A DNA stretch of 63,999 bases, filler included, from Gonapodya sp. JEL0774 (taxonomy: Eukaryota): NCBI GenBank assembly GCA_027604505.1. It is 17 parts of 17 records of this genome, joined end to end, with 100 filler letters (N's around TTAATTAATTAA, not from the genome) between each part and the next. Parts side by side here need not be neighbours in the genome. Positions count along the whole stretch, not along the records: positions 1 to 3,701 come from JADIIX010001180.1; positions 3,802 to 7,502 come from JADIIX010001181.1; positions 7,603 to 11,299 come from JADIIX010001182.1; positions 11,400 to 15,093 come from JADIIX010001183.1; 13 more parts are not named here. One strand, 5' to 3'. Both the position numbers and the translations under genes were made by a program. The notes below the pieces were generated by a model. It saw nothing but the letters and a program-made list of their open reading frames with translations. It did not search any database and was not told the DNA's origin. Position 1 is the first letter of the stretch; every line of letters starts with the position of its first letter. Shown here piece after piece: positions 1 through 12,546 of this stretch.

Positions 1-445
1 CATTCACGTGACCGGGAGTGATGTCTCTTCGGAGGTCTGGCTTACCGGAAGAATTTGAGAATTCTTTAATGGCGTGCTTTGAATGAAATTCGTTTCATCT
101 ACGGAGAGAAGCTGGGGCGTCACGCTCCGTCGGAATCAAAACTCCGCGGAATGTGGAGCTTCACTAAGTTTCTGGTTTACTGAGCCAGAACACGCTGGAG
201 AGCGTCCTGGTGGCGAGTTTTTCCTTCGTATACTCTATGTGTGATTGAGAAGGAGACGTATGTGGGTGGTGATTCAATCACTTCGTCCACCTCGGAATCT
301 CTGGGAGGTATTAAATTCATTCTCAACACGGGATTCGCACTATATCATTTCTTACGGATATATGCCACAGAGTCCACTTTAGAGTCACAGAGTGTATACA
401 ACTAACAGAGTCTCGCGGTGGTCCGCTTTCATTCTGCCTCCCCAG

Positions 446-1395
446 ATGCTTCAAAACCCAATGGTTCTTCAGTCTATGTCGCAGATGATGCAGAACCCTC
501 AAGTGCGTACTTGAGCTTACGTGGCTTTCTCCCATTTCGTCTTCACTCACCTCCATCTTGCCTTCACCTGATCCTTTCCCTTTATATATTGTGGCCCCCA
601 TGCCCCAGTTCATGGACATGATGCTCGCCCAATCCCCCTACGCCTCTATGATGACCCCCGAAATGCGCGAACAAATGCGCACCATGATGTCCAACCCCGA
701 GTCCCTCCGCACCATGCTCCAAACCGCCGCCCAGCTCGGACCGCTCATGAACCCGGGTGCGGGCGGGCTCGGAATGCCCGCATTGCCTGGTACTGGCTTG
801 CAGCAACCGCCGGGAGGGTTTGTCAATCCGTGGGCCAGTCTGGCGACACCGCCAACCGGCAGCGCGACCACCGGAACGACAGGTGCCACGGCGGGCACGA
901 CCGGTGCGGTGACTGGATCTCCCACTGGCACGTCGAGTCCCGGTTCGACTATGCCCGGTGGCGGTGCGGGGGTTGGGATGCCGAACCCGGCCATGTGGAA
1001 CGCGTTGATGCAGGGAATGGCACAAGGGGGTGGTGGGCTGGGCGGGTTGGGTGGAATCGGTGCGGGACTGGGACAACCTGCTGATGCGAGACCGCCAGAA
1101 GAGAGGTGAGTGGAGTGATTGGATTTTCGCCTCATCTCTATGGTTTTTTCTCGGAACTGACACGGCACCCTCCGTTTGTGGCTCATGTGATCTCTCGGCA
1201 AAATAGGTTCGCATCACAACTCCAACAACTCCGCGACATGGGATTTTTCGACGCACAAGAAAACGTTCGTGCGCTGCTGATGGCCGGTGGGAGCGTAGAA
1301 GGGGCTGTGGAAGTGGTGAGTTCGTTTGGGAGACTCTGCCCAAGTTCTTCCACTGACAACATTCAAATTTCCAGTTGCTCAGACGATTTACATGA
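446..1395 (+). CDS. DSK2: Ubiquilin/Dsk2 C-terminal part (STI1-like Met/Gln/Asn-Pro repeats + UBA); multi-exon, 5' UBL exon not identified
   Basis: Exons [29 protein letters not shown]...[62 protein letters not shown] introns join in frame. Confidence 0.9.
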
Positions 1396-2006
1396 TCTCA
1401 AACACGATTGATTCGAGAGGTTTGGCGCAACTTGGAGCTCCGGTAAACTGGAACACGTAGTCAGAAGAGAACTTTTGCTTCTGAAGTCAGTTGAAACGAG
1501 AGCGTACACTACATTTGTACTGAGAAAACCGTCATAAAACACGTTAGCCTCTTTATTGGGTTTTCGACCAATAGGAATCTCTGGTTTCTGGGCGACGTGG
1601 CTGGCAAGGTTTGTGTTTACATACGTGGAAGTTCGGCCTGAGTTCATTCTCCGGCAGCAAACACTTCATCCCACACTTCGCTGCCCAGTGGCACGGCTCT
1701 AAGCAGCCACTGCCAGCCACTACGCATTGCTATCACACACAGAGGCACTCTTAGTCGGGTCTCTTGCTGTACAGATGACTCGGGACAACGAGAAGTCGGA
1801 TGCGATGGCCTGTTGCGGTGCAACCGAAGGCGCACGTGAGTTTTGGTTTGAAATCGGACCTCAAAGGCGCCGACGACACCGAAAATGCGATAAACAATTG
1901 GAAAACAGGAGAAAATGCTGGCGTTTGGTGAGGGACCAATATTTGGGCGAGGGTGATGGTCTGTCTTCGCGAGGCGGTCAGGGTCTCGGTTGGTTGAGGT
2001 TTCGTA

Positions 2007-3023
2007 TTGCTCGAGGCTCAACACCGTTGCACCCACACACTAACAGGCGCCTGTATGATGAAAATGACGCAAGAGCCGCTCTCAGAATCTCCAGAGTCGC
2101 CACACATTTTCTCCATGATGGTGGTTCCGGTGACTGGCAAGCGCCCGAGAGAGGATTCTGAACTCAGCAACCAAACGACTGCGGATGCAAACGAGAACGC
2201 AGAAAGGATCGATAACCGCAAGAGGAGAAGAATGGAAAGCGATTTTGCAGTGTTGCCACCGCTGCCCGAAGGCATCAAGACTGCAGACAGACCGAAATCA
2301 AAGTTGTGCTGCGCACTGCATCCAGATGAGGAACCACCAACCGTGGATTCTGCATCCTATCGCGACGGGGACCACAAAGGTCCCGAAACTTCAAAAGCCA
2401 CCCACATGTTATCGACACTGCGAGACTCCAATTCGCCCTCGTCTTTTTCCCGACACCACCCCCGACCCTCATCGCCACCACAACGCCGCCGATCGTCACG
2501 AACCGACTTTTCATCCCCAAACCTACCTAGGCCTATTCCCGCCCGTCTTTTGTCCGATGCAGCAGCTGAGCGGGAACTGGCCTCGCAAAGATCGCGGGAA
2601 CGCATCCGAAACGATCAAGGATCTGGAATGCAAAACGTCTTCACCCCGACTGATCAAGCATCCGACGGGGCCAGCCGTCTACGCAGCTACCGAAACCGAC
2701 TAGTGGAGAAAGCTGAACGGACATTGAAGGCGTATAAGAAAATGGCGAAGCTCGCGCGTCAGAAAATGAGTAACGCGTCCTTTGACACGTCAATGGACAC
2801 GGCAACGGTGATCGTGGCCAGCGTGGGACCTGGGAGCTCCAATCACCTCCAATTTTGCGGTAACGAGGATGCGAGCAACACCGCTTTGAGAGCCGCCAGC
2901 CAAGCAATCTCGTCGCAAATTGCACAGCCGACGACGGCCTTGCTGGAAGCACTTCAGGAAGAGGCTCAGAATTTGAGAACGATGCTCAAAAGGCTCAGAA
3001 GCGTTCCATCCGAGCGGGGCTAA
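2007..3023 (+). CDS. Hypothetical protein (disordered, NLS-like KRRR, C-terminal coiled coil); true start uncertain
   Basis: 338-codon open frame, no recognisable domain. Confidence 0.5.
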   Translation: MLEAQHRCTHTLTGACMMKMTQEPLSESPESPHIFSMMVVPVTGKRPREDSELSNQTTADANENAERIDNRKRRRMESDFAVLPPLPEGIKTADRPKSKLCCALHPDEEPPTVDSASYRDGDHKGPETSKATHMLSTLRDSNSPSSFSRHHPRPSSPPQRRRSSRTDFSSPNLPRPIPARLLSDAAAERELASQRSRERIRNDQGSGMQNVFTPTDQASDGASRLRSYRNRLVEKAERTLKAYKKMAKLARQKMSNASFDTSMDTATVIVASVGPGSSNHLQFCGNEDASNTALRAASQAISSQIAQPTTALLEALQEEAQNLRTMLKRLRSVPSERG

Positions 3024-3267
3024 GCATCTGGGAGTCGATGGTATTGTTTGGACTCTCTCGAGGACTGTGACAATCATTTGGGTCTCTGACTAATTCGTCA
3101 CACCAACAGTGGCATGAGTTGTGATAAGTTTTGAATATTGCCGGTCCCCACATTATCTGCATCATTGGTTACATGCATCGAATTGAGGTATTGAAAACTT
3201 CGTTCTGCTTAGGTAGTTTCATACAAATCTCAGCAATAGCATCTCGAAAAATATGTCAACGATTGGG

Positions 3268-3663
3268 TCAAATCACTCGAAAAAGATTATCCTTCACCGC
3301 TTTCTTCAGCCCATCTGCCACACCGTGCTCAAACTCTACTCCCGCAATACCACCGTCCCTCTCCTTCATCGCCTCGATGAGCAATCTGTCACGCTCAAGC
3401 AAGCCTGGAGGAATACCCTCGCCGGATAACCGAGTCCATTCGGATTGAGGCTTCAGCTCCATGTCAGTGCTCGTTTCTGCGGGGGGATGAGGCTTATTGG
3501 GACTCGAGGGCTCGGTAAACTGTGGTAGATCGGATGAGCTGACTGTGCGCGGAGTCCGGTCTGTCTCATGGATGACGACTGAATGGGTTTTGGGAGGGGA
3601 CGATGGACGATTATTATAGAAAGAACGGAAGATGGTTCGTTTCTGGATTCTTATAGGGTTCAT
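3268..3663 (-). CDS. Small uncharacterised fungal-type protein, possibly mitochondrial
   Basis: 131-aa ORF with an Arg/Lys-rich, acid-free N-terminus. The C-terminal GVEFEHGVADGLKKAVKDNLFRVI resembles a conserved fungal C-terminal motif (recognition from memory). Confidence 0.6.
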   Translation of the reverse strand: MNPIRIQKRTIFRSFYNNRPSSPPKTHSVVIHETDRTPRTVSSSDLPQFTEPSSPNKPHPPAETSTDMELKPQSEWTRLSGEGIPPGLLERDRLLIEAMKERDGGIAGVEFEHGVADGLKKAVKDNLFRVI

Positions 3664-3701
3664 GTGTGGGATCAGTGAATGTTGGGCAACATGTGTTCTA
3701 T

Positions 3702-3801
3702 NNNNNNNNNNNNNNNNNNNNNNNNNNNNNNNNNNNNNNNNNNNNTTAATTAATTAANNNNNNNNNNNNNNNNNNNNNNNNNNNNNNNNNNNNNNNNNNN
3801 N
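3702..3801. other. Artificial contig-joining linker (44 N + TTAATTAATTAA + 44 N); repeated at 7503, 11300, 15094, 18882, 22661, 26439, 30215, 33991, 37766, 41540, 45314, 49084, 52853, 56622, 60388
   Basis: Identical 100-nt spacer with stop codons in all six frames. The complete contigs between linkers never increase in length (3701 down to 3666 nt). Confidence 0.98.
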
Positions 3802-3950
3802 CGGCACACTTCCCACAGTGGTCGACGCATCTCCCACCATCGTCCCGGACGATTGTCCATAACTTGTCCTACTCCCGGTGGACAAGGAGAGTAGAGTCGG
3901 TCGTGACCCAGGCACGTGCGAGACAGGAGCGTATGAGGGAACAGAGGGGA

Positions 3951-5851
3951 TCAGCGCGTAGTTGGTGCCATCTTTCGGAAATTCAGATTGAGGAGGGTAG
4001 TAGGATACAGAAGCTGGCGCGGCAGGGCCGCGTACGTCGAAGTCGAAGGGGACGGAGAGCGGTGGGGTAAGGGTGGACTATGAATACAGGAGCAAGTGCG
4101 GGTTAGGGCATAAGCAGTTCGATACGTAACGTCAAATGTGCAAGTCCTGATCTTCTGATTTACCTGACTTTGAGCATTGTAATCCCAGCCTCTGCTCTCC
4201 CACCTCGCACCAACCGCAAAACCGCCCGGTCTGTTCCCTGCACTCCGGACCCGAAGTGCCGCCGACCCATTCTGATCGCCAAACTGTCCCACATCCAGAC
4301 ACTCTAGAGGCACCACACCCTCCTCGCGCACAGACTGGTTCGACACATGGGGTACGCGGAGTCGCACCAAACCCCAGCCGTCGCGGAAGACCCGAATCAG
4401 GGTGACTGCAGTGGAAGGCTGGAGAGAAAGCTCGTCCACATTTGAAGAGATGTACTGTGTGGTCATTGGAGCGCAACGTGAAGTATATAATGTACATGGG
4501 TACTCTGCAGCGAACAAAGACAGACAACTAGCCAAGCGTACCTCTGTGACCGCCACTGCTTCAACGTTGCAATCAACGTAAGACGCATCGAGGAGTCCCA
4601 GTGGTGCAGCAAGATTGGCGAAAAACCACTGGCCGGGGATTTGTGGCGAGCGATATCATAAGTCGGGGAAACAATACGAGAAGCTGAATTTCGGGAGTAT
4701 CGAAGAAAGACACAGTACGAAAAATTCTCACATGCGGTTCCTAGTGAGGCATCCGATTCAAAAGTAGGAGAGAAAAGCAGGCATTTTGTTTCTTGCGATT
4801 TGTACACAGTTTCAGCCCGTTGGTGGGTATAGCACACCTTATTTCTGACCCCTTCGCTTCTGAATTCCGAGCTCAATGGAGGTGCCTCGTAAGTTCCTCG
4901 CCTGTCAGCATCCTTGCTCTGTTTCCGCTTTCGAATGAAGCAAAGTATCGCAAGGGGCAAAATGATAACCGTTGCAACACCACCCGCAGTGGCGCCTGCT
5001 ATAAGACCAGTGTTGGAAGGGGCGTCAGCAGGTGGAGAACCTGTCACCGTAGTGATAGGAGTAGTTGCAGATGAAGATGTAGCGGATGTTGTAGGGGGGA
5101 CCGTAGTGACGCTGGTCGTAGTGGTCGTAGTGGTAGACACGCATGTTGTCCCTAGACTTGGTGCTCCAGAAAGCGAACACGCCCTCGGCAAGCTATTTTG
5201 CGTGCAAAAGTAGAGCGAGGGGTTGCCACCCAACGTGCAGTTTTGGACGCTCGAAGGTATCTTGCCATCAACGCTTCCTGTAAGTAAATTGTCATTGAGT
5301 GATATTGCGACGAGGTTCTTAAGTCCGGACAGATCCGGTACTGAGCCGGTGAGCCGATTTTGGGCGAGCAGGAGCCCCTGAAGTGGCGTTTGATTTGCAA
5401 GGGCAGCGGGTATGGATCCGGTGAACGCATTTCCCTCGAGAATCAAGTCATATACAACAGGCAGGTCTGGGAGATCGGGTATTGGACCTGTCAAATTGTT
5501 ACTGGAAAGCAAGATAGCGTGTAGGGACGTCTGGTTCGCGAGCGAAGGGACCTGGCCCGTAAGCCCTGCAGAGGGAAGTGTGACAGAGAACGTCCGATTG
5601 TTTGGGTCGCAGGTGATGCTGCGTATGAAGCTCGCATCGAGGAATCCGCAACATTGTCCGACCGGCCAAGGGATCGCGAGCCCGCTCTGGGTGTATAAGG
5701 ATTCCCAGACGGCGCAATCATCTCGCTGAGATTGTGCGGTTGAGCTCGGGAGCGATACTGCAATAGCGAGAAATGCGAACAGACAGATAGGATCGAGCAC
5801 CGGGGTTCCGCCGGCAACTGCACGATCCCGGCACCAAGACAGTCTTCGCAT
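3951..5851 (-). CDS. LRR receptor-like protein: signal peptide, plant-type LRRs, Thr/Ser stalk, TM helix, cytoplasmic SH3; multi-exon, 3' end uncertain
   Basis: LxLxxNxLTGxIP repeats; TM GLIAGATAGGVATVIILPLAILCFI followed by RKRK; downstream exon YISSNVDELSLQPSTAVTLIRVFRDGWG...EEGVVPLECL (~4290-4455) fits the SH3 consensus. Confidence 0.8.
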
Positions 5852-6323
5852 GAGGACTTCTTCGGGGTGTTCTGATAGCGAGTTTCAGCTTCGAAAGAGA
5901 TAGAAAATCCAGAAATCTTATTTGCATTTCATCTTAGTCCGAGTGCAGCCACCCTCGGCATATCACAAGACACAGCCATATCCCTGAGATCCCCAAAGAT
6001 CGGCAACACAGACGAAGGTGAAACCCAGATCCGCAAAGCCTGTTTACGACCGAACTGGCTGGAATAATATAAGGAGAGCTCATGTATTGCTACTACATAA
6101 ATTCAAACCGTTATTGTTGACCGGTCATCTCCAATCAAAATTGACAGTCCCTATGGAATGGAGCAATGTGAACGAACAACATGACAATATCTACGTGAAA
6201 GTGGGGAATTTGGGAGAACGATTCGCTGGTTTGGTTCGTGCCCCGGTAAAACGTTTAACCGTCTACTTACTTTCTGACGTCGTTCAAGTGGAGAGAACAC
6301 CGACAGAAAAAGCGCAGGATCTC

Positions 6324-7502
6324 ATGAGTGCGGATCGGAGGCTCTCGCGTTGTATCGCGTTCGTCTTATGTAGTTCGCTCGCTGAATAAGCGATTATCGT
6401 TGCGACTTCATGGTGACCCAATTTGATCTTCCCCCAGGTGGCGCGATTCGCGGAGCTGGTGGTCAAGGAGGTGGCCGGGGATGGTATTACGTGAGTTGAT
6501 TACTGTTTCTCTTTTGATTGGTGTACGACGAGCGATTGAACATCAGCAAGTTCTCAGAAACAGAAATATGGAGGTGGCCGAGGGTCAAGTGTTGCACCTT
6601 CAAATGGGAGCACAGCAGCGCCAGCTTGGAGCGCTCAACAGAGTCCATCGACTCTGGGAATAGGAGGAATCAGTTCATCACGTACCTCCGAAGACCTCGG
6701 CCGCACGCTTCAGCGAATGGACGGCCGACAATACGGATTCTACAAGGATATCAAAGGGATGTGGAGATTTCCCTCACCGAATCAGGCTCACGGCACAGGG
6801 TATGAGTTCGAGCTGTTCGCAGACCACATCCAATCGGATGCTTAGTGAGTGTAGAGGACGAATTCCGCACATCGAACCGTGGAACCTCAATCTGACCAAC
6901 TGACCACTCCTTTGCTTCTTAGTGCGCCGCCTTCTCGATTCCGCGCCCTCATCCCCGCACCTATCGCAGGCTTTCCACCAAACTACTACTCCAACCGCCC
7001 TCTCAAACTCGCACTCGCCGACTATCTCCTTCGCATTCTCTACGACTACGTCTCCACCAAGCGACTTGACAGGCGATCTGACTCTGTAGGTGGTGGATGG
7101 CACGCCGCGAAAGGTGGAGACTTTCGAGTGGATACGCCTGGGGTCCAGGTGCTCGAGCGAAGTGCTGTCAAGGTGCACAAAGACGGGAAGCTCGAAGTAC
7201 GATTCACGGTCGGCCTTCCCGCTCAGGGTATGAACTTGGTGATTTGTTCGAATTGTTTCTGGTGATTAATGCCAATCTTCTTCGGTCCTTCATGAAATCG
7301 TGCCCCTGTTCAGGGCGGCGAATCCTGGCCCACCAAGCATCCACAATCCTTCTCACACATCTTCCGTCCCTCTTGTGCACTGTGTACTACTCCACCATTT
7401 CCCATCCTCAGTTCCGCCCCCCCGCTTCCCTCCCTTCCCTGCCGTCCTACCTCGATTTCATCCTCCACGACAACAGTCTTCGCGAACAGGTACATCAGGC
7501 CG
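6324..7502 (+). CDS. Predicted ABC-class ATPase (COG3044 / MRB1590-like), N-terminal part; truncated by contig end
   Basis: Spliced reading gives GGGRGWYY..QKYGGGRG, LQRMDGRQYGFYKDIKG, LFADHIQSDAYAPPSRFR, LALADYLLR, DTPGVQVLERSAV, EVRFTVGLPAQGRRIL. The start at 6324 is inferred through an intron. Confidence 0.8.
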
Positions 7503-7763
7503 NNNNNNNNNNNNNNNNNNNNNNNNNNNNNNNNNNNNNNNNNNNNTTAATTAATTAANNNNNNNNNNNNNNNNNNNNNNNNNNNNNNNNNNNNNNNNNN
7601 NNGTGCCCTCCCATAGGAAGTGCACCCGCCTGCTGTCACAACACAATTGTGCAAGCTCGGGATAGTCCCCTGTTGCTGTCGCATCACCACAGTCCTTTCC
7701 CGTGAGTTTTAAACCCCCAAGACACCGACGCACAAAGAAAATAGCGCGTCGTTATGGCCCCTG

Positions 7764-8924
7764 CTATCGCTTGCCCTCCTCGCCCTGCTCGTTCCCGTCC
7801 GTTCCCGCCTTCACTTGGTCCCAGAACACCCCTCTTTCTCTCTCCACCTCCTCAGCCCACTGCTTGACCGTCGGGTGGCGGAACTTCCCCCGTGTGGAAG
7901 TGAAGAATTGATCCAGGGGGAGGCGGTGGGCTAGGAGTGAGTGCCAATCGGTCGAAGTCATGCAGAAGACCGATGTGGTGGTGAACAAACTGGCCATGAA
8001 AGAGATAGTGAAAGAGACCCAGATAAACTTACCGCGTTCGTACTCGAGGGCTTGGACAATCATCTGAGCACGTCAAAGAACAGAGAACAACGTCACGCAG
8101 GGTTCAAAGGCAAACAGATAGGCCATTCCAACAGTTCCAGCTCACTAACGATCCCGCCTTTGGATTACTGAACGTACCTCGAACTTGTCCAAATCCTTGA
8201 CCAATTTGGCTTCTTCCGTTGATCCCGATTCGTACTCTTGCCACAAATCCATCATTTCGAGTGATTCGGGGGTATCACCGAGGAGCTCACGGAATTTTGT
8301 AAAAGCTGCCTTCGTGTGTGTGATGATGGATGAGATTTGAAGATGGGTTGATACATGACGGTGGTGAAGAGAGACTGAGCAAGACGACGGACTTCACCTG
8401 TTCCCGTGCGTGTTTGTCTGTATCAGACACTCCATCGTGAGGAGTGATGTCACCCTATATGTGGACATCAGTGTTGACTAGCTCGAGTGGGTTGCGTGCC
8501 ACGGCATTTGGAATGGACTGAGCTCACAACGATTGCTTCTCCCAAATCATGCACTAGGGCCATCTTGATGCATCTAACATGGAGCAAGACCGCTATATGA
8601 GAGTTCCGTTGGAGAAAATGCCATACCCGTTCCCACGCAACTGACCATTCTTCCAACTCACTTGTTCCTGTCCAAGCTCTCGTCACCGACAACCATAGCC
8701 ATGACCGACATTCTGTGCATGTGATCCGAGATGGATTCTGGGTTAGGAACCTTATTATTGACCCATCCTTTAGGCAGGAGGTCAGACGCACCAGGAAATC
8801 CCATAGATTCGAACGACAAAATCGGATTGATGACTTCAGGCTCACCAGTTCGTTTTGTGATTTTCAAATTTTGGAGGACATTCAAGAATTTTACGAGACC
8901 GAAAGGGGACGGCGGTGGTGGCAT
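7764..8924 (-). CDS. HDDC2: HD-domain 5'-deoxynucleotidase (HDDC2/YGK1 family), multi-exon
   Basis: LKITKRTGWV, ESISDHMHRMS, MALVHDLGEAIVGDITP, VKDLDKFEMIVQALEYE, FFTSTRGKFRHP. Confidence 0.93.
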
Positions 8925-9054
8925 CGAATGAGAATATGCTCTTCGGTTTGGTGTGCTGCTGTGTGCAGCGTGATCGATTTTGCAGAATGACGACACCAGA
9001 AGAATTGCCGAATCGTCTGAAAACGCATCTATTTACTTGAGCCATCAACCGGAG

Positions 9055-9658
9055 ATGCCGTACTACGAAGGTCCGTTTTTCTATCTCCTTTCTTGAGCTG
9101 ACTTGCCATCTCGACTGCCCCGCTCAACGAACACCTTGCGATCGCTGGTCTCTTGCATTGCATCAAATAACCGACACTACTCTTGGACCACACGCAATCC
9201 CCAGAATGCTCTCAGGTCTACAAAGAAATGAACGATTGTCTTAAAAGCGTCTACATGGCTAAATTGCTCGACAGGGTATGGCTCTGTGATGTGTTGCAGA
9301 ACCTCATGCGATATCGTGACTCACCTTCCAACTTTCGCAAACACACCCTCGGCATAACGACGATTCTTTGCCATTATGTGACTTAACGGGGCCATTGCAC
9401 TCCCCCTCCACCGTGTCTCGCTCAATCTCCTTCTGCTCGCATTCTCCGCGATCACTTTCCACCACGATCTCCCCGTGCTCATACACCTCGTAGTGTCATG
9501 ACCAAGAACAAGCCCTCCTAAAATGCATGAAAAAAGAGTACATTAAGCGGAAGCGGGAGTCCCGGAGCCAGGCCAAGGCTCGATCGGAGAGATATGGACA
9601 GTTGTTGGACGAGTTGGGGTTGGAAAAAGATGGGAGGCCCAAGACCGGGAAAGAATGA
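9055..9658 (+). CDS. CMC2: Twin Cx9C mitochondrial COX-assembly protein (Cmc2-like), 3 exons
   Basis: Splicing gives MPYYEECSQVYKEMNDCLKSVYMAKLLDRCHDQEQALLKCMKKEYIKRKRESRSQAKARSERYGQ...KE*, with two exact Cx9C motifs. Second intron 9276-9493. Not visible as a single ORF in the track. Confidence 0.8.
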
Positions 9659-10194
9659 TACTTCGGTGGTCTGGAAGAAGAGGCTCGAAAGTTTGAAGGA
9701 GGCGGGCAGTACCACAGAACGCCTGTGGCAGGTTGGCGGGCGGTGGAGCACTGTAGATATTCAACAACCGTAAGGACGAACAATCTGATACGTGTACATG
9801 CACATTCAAAACAAATTAGCGAGTGGTACTCAAGGTATATATGCACTGAGAGAATCGAATTCAGATCTCCTGACATATTTGTGCAACAGAAGAACCTCAG
9901 CTAGTGCAGATGCCGCAATATTCTGGCGGACATATACACTTGGCCTACCTTGGGCAAAGGCCCACGCAACCTGTCGAGCGCCTCCTAAATGCAGAGTGCC
10001 TGCTTTGCGTCCAAAATGGTCACGGTGCAAAATGGGCACGGTGAGTGCTCTGATGTCCCGCACACGACTCACAATAACATGTAATCCCTAACCTTTTTGT
10101 TGCAAAGAGTGCACGCAATCCATATTATTATCAGATACTATTTATCAAATGCAACTACCAAATTGCAAACTGAATATCCTCCCTGCATCTACCT

Positions 10195-11299
10195 TCAACT
10201 GTCCCTCACCTCAAACAACTGCACCTTTGTCCCATTCCATGGCGCGGGCCACCTTTTCCCACCACCCGCTGCCGCAACGGTACCATTCAGTTGGCCAGCG
10301 CGCCCTGTTTGTGTCTTTGTGGGTACAGCTCCTTCACCCCCGGCTTTAGCGTAGATGAGAGCCCAAATATAAGATGCAAACCACACACGGACACCTGGGG
10401 CAAAGATGGTGTGAATGCCAGCTCACGACGTTGAAGGCGATATGCTTGGACTCACCTGCTCCGAAAACGAACGGCCGTTTCACAGGCGGGTTCTGTAAAG
10501 TCGCACGGCGCCATTTAACGAACTTCACCACACACTTCATTTTCCATATTCAATAAGTGTTTTTTCAACTCACCCCCGGCGGTAATACCCCTTCCAGATC
10601 CACGCCTCTCAACACGTTCATCACTTCCGGCCAGTGCTGTGCACCATCCTGGGTTACTTGGTCTATCAGGGGTTGCAAGTGACTATGGAGGACGACTAGA
10701 GTCGACGTAGGAAGCGAGTGATGCCAGGAGTGCCACTAAAGACGGCAAATGAAGATCTCTTTTCGGATTTCGGAACAAGAAAATTCAGTTTTACTCACCC
10801 ATGGCTCGGTCGGTCGCCATCCATCTTCCCTCCCTTCCCACGGATCGACATCCACTGCCTGCCGTTGCTCACCGGCGGCTGTGTGGTCGATCGTCCCATT
10901 TGCCGCCTTGGCGCGCACTATATGCGCTCTCTTGACTACCGCGTCCATTGCAGCTTCAAATGTAAGCGAGCGGATATTTTCAATTATACGGTGGTTGTGG
11001 AAAAGGGCGTAGACAAGGTTGGGATTCGCTGAGATGTGGCAAGCACACCCAAAAGGAACAGCGATGAGATCGCACAAGTATGGGTCCACCAGATTAGCCC
11101 ACCTGCGCCCCCCACCCTCACTACATTCTCCAAAGCTTCCAACATCCATGCACAGGCTCTCCAATTCATCGCACCACCCAGCAATACTGCAGGTTCCGAA
11201 AGCCGAGCTATTGATTGCAAGAGTTTCTCGGAGGAGATAATGGATACGTTGCTGAGGTGAGGTGAGAAGTTCACGAGAGTCAGGATGAGGTGTTCGCTG
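10195..11299 (-). CDS. HID1: HID1/Ecm30 family protein, C-terminal exons; 5' truncated
   Basis: SIISSEKLLQSIARLS...MLEALENVV, ANPNLVYALF, WRPTEPW, WFASYIWALIY...WNGTKVQLFEV match the HID1 C-terminal motifs. Confidence 0.8.
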
Positions 11300-11399
11300 N
11301 NNNNNNNNNNNNNNNNNNNNNNNNNNNNNNNNNNNNNNNNNNNTTAATTAATTAANNNNNNNNNNNNNNNNNNNNNNNNNNNNNNNNNNNNNNNNNNNN

Positions 11400-12231
11400 C
11401 ACGTCGAAGGCAACCTGTTGTTGCATTTCAGAAACACTGCCGGTTTTTATATGATCCACTATAAAATATGCCTTTCAACCGAGTTCTCTCCTCGCCTCTT
11501 CCTTGCAGGCCATATTCAATGCAGCATATACGCGTTTGCAACATTTGTGGCGTAGGAGTATTGAAAAATGGATCGCGGTCCACCAAGTACATAAAGCACA
11601 GGCCTATCACCCTGATTATTGAGGAAGCGTAGGTTGGATATGATAGCATGGGGCTCGTACTCTCCGAACATCCCAGGGGGTCTGAGAGCGACAGTTCACA
11701 GCTTGGAGCTTTTCCCACCAGATCCACCAAGAGATATAGGAGTTCCATCCGCTTCCAAGACGAGCTCCTCCGCAGCGGCCTTGGTCTTGCTGTAGTCGTT
11801 GACGAAGTTGGGTGGATAGGGCTCAGATTCGTCAACGTTCGAAAGTCCATTGCGGGGGGTTTCAAAAAGGACCCCCAAGGAGCTCGTGTAGACAAGATTC
11901 TGTATTCCAGCAGATAAGCAAGCCGAGAGTACATTCTGAGTTCCTTGGAAATTGATGGCTTCGACTGTTCCGCGAGGATGCGTTCCGAGATGGATCCACC
12001 AATCTCGCCGAATGAATGACAACGCTCACATCCTGGCGCGCCTGGCGAAGAGCCTGTTGATCCAAAATACTTCCCCGTATGTTGTGCGCCCGAGGGTTGG
12101 GCAATGTCAAAGAAGCGCAGTTTGACAGCGGGGGCACCAACTAATAAATCGTCCCGAAGCTCTCGAGCGATGTGCTTCCCAAGGAATCCTGACGATCCGA
12201 TGAGGAGAATGCGCAAAGGAGCAAGAGTCAT
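11400..12231 (-). pseudogene. 3-beta-hydroxysteroid dehydrogenase/NSDHL(ERG26)-like extended SDR pseudogene
   Basis: LLIGSSGFLG, VVIHSA, INFQGTQNVL, LVYTSS, YSKTKAAAEELV are spread over three frames with no intron signals between them. In-frame TGA in L*TVALRPPGMFGE at 11696-11698. Confidence 0.8.
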
Positions 12232-12546
12232 CGTTCGAAAGCGGATCGTGGCAATGAAAAGTCTGAGCAAAAGAGCAGGCCTGTACCAGTATCTGATCTC
12301 GACGATACCAATCAACCCGCAGGGCAGTCAGTACAAAACACGGGCAGAGTCGGTATTGTCCCGCTTTTCCACGTGCATGTATCCACATTGGATCCAAAAC
12401 CGAAATGTGGTAGGAATTGACGGCCGCAGCAATAATATATTCGGACGACCTCGTAATATATATCCTTGCTATGACCAATATCCACACAGCATGGAGGGAG
12501 CTACATAAAAATCGCGACCATTCGCAATTCTCCTGACTGCGTCAGA

